64,000 bases of DNA from Candidatus Rifleibacteriota bacterium (GTDB taxonomy: Bacteria; Muiribacteriota; Ozemobacteria; Ozemobacterales; Ozemobacteraceae): positions 128,001 through 192,000 of the forward strand of contig JADFZL010000003.1 in NCBI GenBank assembly GCA_015232575.1. Reading direction: 5' to 3'. Made by a program: the position numbers and the translations under genes. The number at the start of each line of letters is the position of its first letter. Position 1 is the stretch's first letter. The notes under the pieces are model-generated. The model was not told the origin of the DNA, made no database searches, and was given only the letters and a program-made list of their open reading frames with translations. Below are positions 58,196 through 64,000 of this stretch, piece after piece.

Positions 58196-59465
58196 AAACC
58201 TCCTTTGAATTGTTGAAATTCAGCCATTTTTCTTTACATAACGAGACTGTTCCGTTTACGATTGCAGTATCAACCTTCCATGGAAACGAAAATTTCTGCC
58301 ATGGGTTATAGCCAGCTTTTGTAACAATAGTTGCGGATTTATCGCCAGGAATGGTTTTCTTGTACAAGACAAGATCAGCAAAATTTCCGATTTTTATACC
58401 ATCGCGATCTTTTATTGAATAATGCTTTGCAGAATTGCTGCATGCAAGTTCAATTAATTTTGATATTCCGATTAATTTTTCTTCGTAAAGCTTTAAAAGA
58501 AGCGATCCGAAAGATTCTATTCCCGGAACTCCGGAAGGTGGGGCAGGGGACTGTTTTTCTTCGGGTGAATGCGGTGCATGGTCGCTTCCTATGAATTGAA
58601 TGCTTCCATCATTGATTGCAGCAAGTAAAGCCAGGCGGTCTGTTTCTTCTCTGATTGGCGGATTCACCTGAAGCATTCCAAAAGATTTCATAACATCATC
58701 TTGTGTAAAGAATAAATAATGGGGCGCAGTTTCAGCAGCAACTGACACGCCTTTCTTTCTCATTTTGCTTAACCAGTCAAGTTCTTCAATGGTCGAAACA
58801 TGCAGAAGAATGATTTCAGGAAGGGGTGATGACGGATTTTTTTCTGAAAAGATTTTTAGTGCATGTTCAATTCTTGAAAGTCCGGAAAGAATTGCTGTTC
58901 GCGGACGTTTTTCGTGGTGGGGGCAATTTTCCTGTGATAAAAAATAATCTTCATCTTCAACATGAAAAGTGAAGCGATTGTAGTTTTCAAAAAGTTCTGC
59001 AAGTTCGTTTGCTGACTTAACGACCTTTGAGCCGCCTGCTGCAGAGAAGAAAATCTTTATTGAAGCATACTTGGCGTTTTTATAATTTCCGGGAAGAACG
59101 TGCAATCCCCAGTTTACCAGTGAGTATTTCTGAAAAAGTTTGTTTTTAATACAGAAAACCTCCCCGTTATTGCAGGGAGGTTTATTATTCGGCATATCCA
59201 GAACGGTAGTAACACCACCGTATAAAGCGGCCCGCGAGCCGTTTTTAATTCCTTCTTTGTAAAACTGACCCGGTTGTCGGAAATGAACATGCGGGTCAAT
59301 GCACCCAGGCATTAGAAGCTTGTCAGAAGCATCAATAGTTGAGGAAAACTGCCAGGAATTATTGACTTCTGGCGAAATGTCAGCGATTCTGCAATTTTTT
59401 ACGAGAATATTCCCGCGAAGAACTGAGTTTGATATATCTAACCAGCTTGCATTCTTAATCAACAT
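58173..59465 (-). CDS. pyrC: dihydroorotase (amidohydrolase family)
   Basis: MPGCIDPHVHFRQPG metal-binding HxH; heads the pyr operon. Confidence 0.7.
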   Translation of the reverse strand: MLIKNASWLDISNSVLRGNILVKNCRIADISPEVNNSWQFSSTIDASDKLLMPGCIDPHVHFRQPGQFYKEGIKNGSRAALYGGVTTVLDMPNNKPPCNNGEVFCIKNKLFQKYSLVNWGLHVLPGNYKNAKYASIKIFFSAAGGSKVVKSANELAELFENYNRFTFHVEDEDYFLSQENCPHHEKRPRTAILSGLSRIEHALKIFSEKNPSSPLPEIILLHVSTIEELDWLSKMRKKGVSVAAETAPHYLFFTQDDVMKSFGMLQVNPPIREETDRLALLAAINDGSIQFIGSDHAPHSPEEKQSPAPPSGVPGIESFGSLLLKLYEEKLIGISKLIELACSNSAKHYSIKDRDGIKIGNFADLVLYKKTIPGDKSATIVTKAGYNPWQKFSFPWKVDTAIVNGTVSLCKEKWLNFNNSKEVYENCQSL

Positions 59466-59561
59466 TCATTTGAATCCTGAAAATCAATTACCTCAAAATT
59501 GCCGATAATTATAACATCCAATGATATTTAATGCAACGTTTTTCAGCCAGTAAAAAAAGGG

Positions 59562-59654
59562 CACTGTAGCAATGTTGCTGAAAAATGAATATATCTCACG
59601 CAGAGACGCTCGTATTTTTTTTAATTGTATCTGCTCAGCAACATTGCTACAGTG
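59562..59654. mobile_element. MITE-like element, family 3, copy 2 (20-bp perfect terminal inverted repeats CACTGTAGCAATGTTGCTGA / TCAGCAACATTGCTACAGTG)
   Basis: read directly; internal AATATATCTCACGCAGAGACGCTCG core shared with 12014-12129. Confidence 0.7.
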
Positions 59655-59974
59655 TCAAAAAAAGTGTTTTAATTTCATATTTTTTAATTGCCATCTTTCT
59701 CAGGCTGAGTATTTATGATTTTGCCGGCAATTACCCATCAGAATTCTTTGAAATATGCATTAATAGAATATTGTTCTTAAAAAACATTTGCGAAAATCAT
59801 TATCTGAAAACCATTTATTTATAATGGTCTTGAGACTATTGGATAATTGTGGTGGTTTTGTCTGCGTAAGTTTCTGACGCTGGTAATTTTCTATTCTGAA
59901 TGTTATTCTTCAGTAAGAACTTTCAAGGATAATATGAATATTTATAAAAGGAACTTGAAGTTAAAGGGCGATAA

Positions 59975-60538
59975 ATGATGGACTTATTTGTTCGGATTCT
60001 GATCACAATCGTTTTGTTTTTTTCTTCTGTGTTGATTCTGGAACCTCTCATTTATAGTGGTATGAGTACTCCACAGGGAAAAAATACTGATACAAAAGCT
60101 GTAATGAGTAATTTGAAGTGCGCGTTAATAAACTTCAAGCATGATCTGGGGCGGTATCCATTTGATGGGGAATCGTTGACTGAGATTGGAGTAAATGCTG
60201 CAAATGATGTTTTTCTTGGGTTGAAACCAAATGAGAACATTCTGATCACTTTGAAGCAATTTCAAAAAATAGACCGCAATCAAATTATGGGGCTTGATTT
60301 TGATAGATTCGTAAAACTCTGGAAAGGACCTTACCTTGACTTTCCTTATGATGATTTGATGTTAGATGCTTGGGGCACAAAAATTCGGTATTGCTGTTTT
60401 GCCAACACTCTTTGTTTGCATTCCGCCGGGGCAGATAAAACATTCGATCTCATTGTGAAAGTATTTTCTTCAAATTACGAGGGAGACGATATTTTGCTGA
60501 AAATTGACAAGTTTACTATCCCAAACTCAGATCAATAG
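59975..60538 (+). CDS. GspG/PulG-like pseudopilin globular domain protein lacking a prepilin leader
   Basis: KAVMSNLKCALINFKHDLGRYPF and WKGPYLDFPYDDLMLDAWGTKIRY...SAGADKTF align to the GspG core; the N-terminus MMDLFVRILITIVLFF has no G|FTLxE motif and an in-frame TAA lies directly upstream. Confidence 0.5.
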   Translation: MMDLFVRILITIVLFFSSVLILEPLIYSGMSTPQGKNTDTKAVMSNLKCALINFKHDLGRYPFDGESLTEIGVNAANDVFLGLKPNENILITLKQFQKIDRNQIMGLDFDRFVKLWKGPYLDFPYDDLMLDAWGTKIRYCCFANTLCLHSAGADKTFDLIVKVFSSNYEGDDILLKIDKFTIPNSDQ

Positions 60539-60752
60539 CGTTAGTTTCTGTTTATTATTTTCAGTATTCGTCGGAAGTAATTTCGCATATCACTTCGTTT
60601 ATCAAAATTAGTATGAATAATATTCATACTAAACATGAAATCTATGAATTTGATTCTTGATGTGTGATGATGGCATTATATTCCTGATCAAATATTCAGC
60701 AGAAACTCAGTAAAGATATGTAATCTGCAAAAATAAATCAGGAGAAAAGTTT

Positions 60753-62267
60753 ATGAATAATATTTTTAAAAAGTTTCCATTTACTATTACATTGAATGGC
60801 GGGTTTTCTGGTTCATGGTTTGCCAGCGGCGCAAAAAGCAGTGGATATTCGCCGGTTGATGGAAGAGTGCTTCCGGAAGTTACTGTAAATACTTCTGATG
60901 ATCTCGGAAGAATCGTAACACAATGTCATGAAACATTCCCTGTCTGGAGAAAAGTTCCTGCACCAGCACGCGGGCAGATAGTCAGAGAATATGGTGAAGA
61001 AATACGGAAATACAAAGAACCTCTTGCACAGATAATAACTATGGAAATGGGCAAACCCATGAGAGAAAGTCTTGGCGAAGTTCAGGAAGTCATTGATATA
61101 TGCGATTTTGCTGTTGGCTTGAGCAGGCAGATTGGTGGTCCGTCGCTTCCAAGTGAAAGAAAATCACATCGAATGTTCGAACAGTGGCATCCGCTTGGTA
61201 CAATTGGAGTAATAAGTGCTTTTAATTTTCCGATGGCTGTATGGGCATGGAACATGGCTATCGGAATGATTTGCGGAAATACGGTTCTCTGGAAACCTTC
61301 TTCGAAAACTCCGATCTGCGCAATTGTTCTCACTCGAATTATGGAAGAAATTCTAAGAAAGAATAATCTTCCGACTGCAATATGCAGTCTGGTAACAGGT
61401 TCTGGCGCTGCAATTGGAAACATGATCAGCTCGGATGAACGCATCTCTATGGTTTCCTATACAGGATCAACAAATATTGGTCGGCAGCTTGGAAAAATTG
61501 TACAGGAAAGATTTGGAAAACTCATACTTGAACTTGGCGGAAACAACGCTTCGATCGTTACCTCTAATGCAGATATTGACATAGCTCTTCGCTCAATTTA
61601 CTTTGGGGCACTTGGTACGGCTGGGCAGCGTTGTACAAGTACTCGCAGAGTAATAATTCATGAAAAGATTTATGATCAGCTTCTTTCGAAACTTACTGAT
61701 ACATATCGAAAGGTCAAAATCGGAGATCCTTTTGAATCAAAGAATTTTCTTGGACCCCTGGTTGACCGTTCTGCTGTAAAAGCTATGCAGAATGCGCTCG
61801 TGCAGGTTCGAAAAGAAGGCGGAAAGATACTTTATGGCGGGGAAAAACTTTCTGAAAAAGGCGGTTGTTATATTACACCGGCAATTGTTGTAGTATCTGG
61901 TAATCTTCCTGTTGTAAAAGAAGAAACTTTTGCTCCGATACTTTACGTGATGAAATTCCGCGAACTGGATGAAGCTATTTCTATTCACAATGATGTTCCA
62001 CAAGGTCTCAGCAGTTCAATTATTACAAATAATATCTGCGAAAGCGAAAGATTCATATCAGAATGTGGCAGTGACTGTGGCATAGCAAATGTAAATACAA
62101 CAACAAACGGGGCAGAAATTGGCGGTGCCTTCGGCGGCGAAAAAGCAACAGGCGGAGGCCGTGAAAGCGGATCAGATTCCTGGAAGGGATATATGAGACG
62201 CCAGACTTGTACAATCAACTACAGCGGAACAATAGAGCTTGCTCAGGGCATTCAACTGGATTTTTGA
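60753..62267 (+). CDS. aldehyde dehydrogenase family protein (ALDH7/antiquitin-like semialdehyde dehydrogenase)
   Basis: ELGGNNA, catalytic GQRCTS Cys, Rossmann GSTNIGRQ. Confidence 0.8.
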   Translation: MNNIFKKFPFTITLNGGFSGSWFASGAKSSGYSPVDGRVLPEVTVNTSDDLGRIVTQCHETFPVWRKVPAPARGQIVREYGEEIRKYKEPLAQIITMEMGKPMRESLGEVQEVIDICDFAVGLSRQIGGPSLPSERKSHRMFEQWHPLGTIGVISAFNFPMAVWAWNMAIGMICGNTVLWKPSSKTPICAIVLTRIMEEILRKNNLPTAICSLVTGSGAAIGNMISSDERISMVSYTGSTNIGRQLGKIVQERFGKLILELGGNNASIVTSNADIDIALRSIYFGALGTAGQRCTSTRRVIIHEKIYDQLLSKLTDTYRKVKIGDPFESKNFLGPLVDRSAVKAMQNALVQVRKEGGKILYGGEKLSEKGGCYITPAIVVVSGNLPVVKEETFAPILYVMKFRELDEAISIHNDVPQGLSSSIITNNICESERFISECGSDCGIANVNTTTNGAEIGGAFGGEKATGGGRESGSDSWKGYMRRQTCTINYSGTIELAQGIQLDF

Positions 62268-62548
62268 AGTGTTTTTTCTGAAAGGAATTAATAATGAATT
62301 CTACGTCTCCGCTCAAAGACCGGAATAACTTTGTAGCTATTTGAGCGGATAAATTTTGTACAAATCTAAGGAATTGTTAAGATGCAAGATGATTATTTCG
62401 AGGTTACCGAACTATCAGTGCTACTTCTCTCTGAATTATGGGTATGTTAATGATTATTTTTTTTAAAATTCTGAAATGATAAGTTTATTCTTTAACGATT
62501 CCTAATAATCGGCAATACATTGAATATGGCCGTTTCCAAGTTTCAAAG

Positions 62549-63853
62549 TTAGTTTCTTAAGAAGCAGATTTTAACGAGAGATATGGCATTTCTGACTTTT
62601 TTCAATATTATAAACTCGTATTTTTCGGAAATTACTTTTTCCCCTATGCCTGGGATTTTTCCAGACAGATTTTGCAAATATCCAGCAAGTGTTTCATAGT
62701 TTTTATCTTTGGGTATTGGCGCAGGAAGAAATTGATTAATTTTTTCAATTGATGCAGATCCCAACGCAGAAAAAATGTTATCGGTAATCTTGTTTAAGAT
62801 GCATGAATCAGAATCTGAATCTGATTCATCGTGAATCTCACCAACCAGTTCTTCAAGAATATCCTCCATGGTGATAATACCCTCAAAACTGCCAAATTCA
62901 TTCACAACAATTGCCATATGTTGACGATTCTTTTGAAATTCCCGAAGAAGTTCACCGATTTTCTTTGATTCAGGAATAAAGAGGCTTGGTCGCAAAATAT
63001 CCTTTAAGTTTATGTTTTCAGACTTTCGCAGAGCGATTAATAGATCTTTTAAATATATAATTCCAATAATATTATCAGAATTGTTTTCAAAACACGGTAT
63101 TCTTGAATAACCCTCTTCAATTACTTTTTCAATTTTACTCTTCTCGGTTTCGTTGATGTTAATTGATAAAACATTAAACCGTGGGATCATTATTTGTCTT
63201 GCACTTTGATCTGAGAATTTAAAAGCATTATTAATTATATCAAGCGCTTCCGAATTAACCACTCCACCCTTTGCACCTTCCTGTACCAGATATTTCAACT
63301 CTTCACTGCTGTGGAATTCTGATTCATGAGAGGCGGAAATTCCCAATTTTCCCAGCAATATAGTGGCAATTCCATTTAATGTCCAAATAAAAGGTTTAAA
63401 GAGAATAAAGAAGAAGTGCAGGGGATAAACAACCGACAAAGTTGTTTTTTCCGAGCGCTGTATTGCAATTGATTTTGGTGCCAGCTCTCCAAATACTATG
63501 TGCAGAATTGTAATAATGGAAAATGACAATGGTAATGCAATAGCGTGAGCAATTTTGGGAGAAATCTCCAAGCCAAAAGATTGCATGGCACTTACAATGA
63601 TTTTGGATACTACTGGTTCTCCAATCCAGCCCAAGCCCAGACTTGCCAGAGTAATTCCAAGTTGAGTTGCAGCCAGGTATGAGTCCAAATGTAGAATCAC
63701 ATGTTTTCCAAGAATTGCAAATCTGTTTCCTTGTTGAGCTTTAACCTCCAATTGTGAAGCCCGAACCTTTACAATAGCAAACTCGGCGGCAACAAAAAAA
63801 CCATTCAGTAAGACTAAAAATAGGGTGAAAAATATTTCAACAGTTATGCTCAT
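62549..63853 (-). CDS. HlyC/CorC-family transporter (DUF21 TM domain + CBS pair + CorC_HlyC)
   Basis: N-terminal DUF21 membrane domain; two CBS motifs; C-terminal transporter-associated domain. Confidence 0.8.
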   Translation of the reverse strand: MSITVEIFFTLFLVLLNGFFVAAEFAIVKVRASQLEVKAQQGNRFAILGKHVILHLDSYLAATQLGITLASLGLGWIGEPVVSKIIVSAMQSFGLEISPKIAHAIALPLSFSIITILHIVFGELAPKSIAIQRSEKTTLSVVYPLHFFFILFKPFIWTLNGIATILLGKLGISASHESEFHSSEELKYLVQEGAKGGVVNSEALDIINNAFKFSDQSARQIMIPRFNVLSININETEKSKIEKVIEEGYSRIPCFENNSDNIIGIIYLKDLLIALRKSENINLKDILRPSLFIPESKKIGELLREFQKNRQHMAIVVNEFGSFEGIITMEDILEELVGEIHDESDSDSDSCILNKITDNIFSALGSASIEKINQFLPAPIPKDKNYETLAGYLQNLSGKIPGIGEKVISEKYEFIILKKVRNAISLVKICFLRN

Positions 63854-64000
63854 TATATTTATGCTCCGTTAATGTGCCATTGCAATAACAGGCTCGTCAG
63901 AAAGTGTATGCTATGTTTAATCCAATTGATAATGCGTCTTTCAAAGATTCATCAGTTCCGGGGTTGGCGATCCATTGACAGTCTGGCTGGAGTATCAGAT

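Noticed and set aside
1-64000. Prophage, integron or IS element
   Set aside because: No integrase, transposase, recombinase, capsid/terminase or attC-like features are encoded. Mobile DNA is represented only by non-autonomous MITE/REP-like repeats.

Overview
This window is a low-GC (roughly 36-38% by eye) bacterial chromosomal segment, probably from an uncultured or poorly characterised lineage.

Annotated blocks, in window order:
- 9-5748 (+): the core of a flagellar hook operon, fliK (5'-truncated by the window edge), flgD, a small flagellar operon protein, a giant 944-aa flgE, and flbD.
- 5937-9516 (-): a tightly coupled PilT -> MBL-fold hydrolase -> sigma-54 NtrC-family response regulator operon.
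- 10864-14367 (-): an AAA+ (Ycf46-like) ATPase with DUF1257-like, TPR and DUF2997-like partners, interleaved with repeats.
- 15545-18479 (+): a B12-binding radical SAM protein, an FmdB zinc-ribbon protein and a YgjP-like metallohydrolase.
- 22279-29467 (-): a six-gene operon of secreted or envelope proteins. It holds a 1044-aa lipoprotein, two TPR-like proteins, two prepilin-type pseudopilins with Ala instead of Gly at the -1 cleavage position, and a further membrane-anchored protein.
- 29664-39822 (-): a long conserved housekeeping cluster, rpsB-tsf-pyrH-frr-(unannotated 56-aa 2[4Fe-4S] ferredoxin)-uppS-cdsA-rseP-cvpA-like-rimO-pgsA-pgpA.
- 40271-50242: pncB, a HEAT-repeat::PilT fusion ATPase, an FwdE-like protein with a DUF318 permease, and thrC.
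- 50291-63853: a compositionally atypical GC-rich secreted YiiX-like papain-fold gene, a complete pyrimidine operon (pyrC-E-F-B-I-D-K), a GspG-like protein with no prepilin leader, an ALDH7-type dehydrogenase and a CorC/HlyC transporter.

Four families of intergenic repeats are present:
- a ~65-bp imperfect palindromic REP/MITE-like element in 4 copies;
- a ~93-116-bp element with 20-bp terminal inverted repeats in 2 copies;
- a 74-nt tandemly repeated unit followed by two GC hairpins, sitting immediately upstream of two start codons;
- a 25-nt hairpin in 2 copies.

No rRNA, tRNA, CRISPR array, transposase or integrase was found.

The best candidates for a new system are (i) the pseudopilin/large-lipoprotein operon with non-canonical Ala(-1) prepilin motifs, taken together with the leaderless GspG-like protein and the HEAT::PilT fusion, and (ii) the AAA/DUF1257/DUF2997/TPR module.
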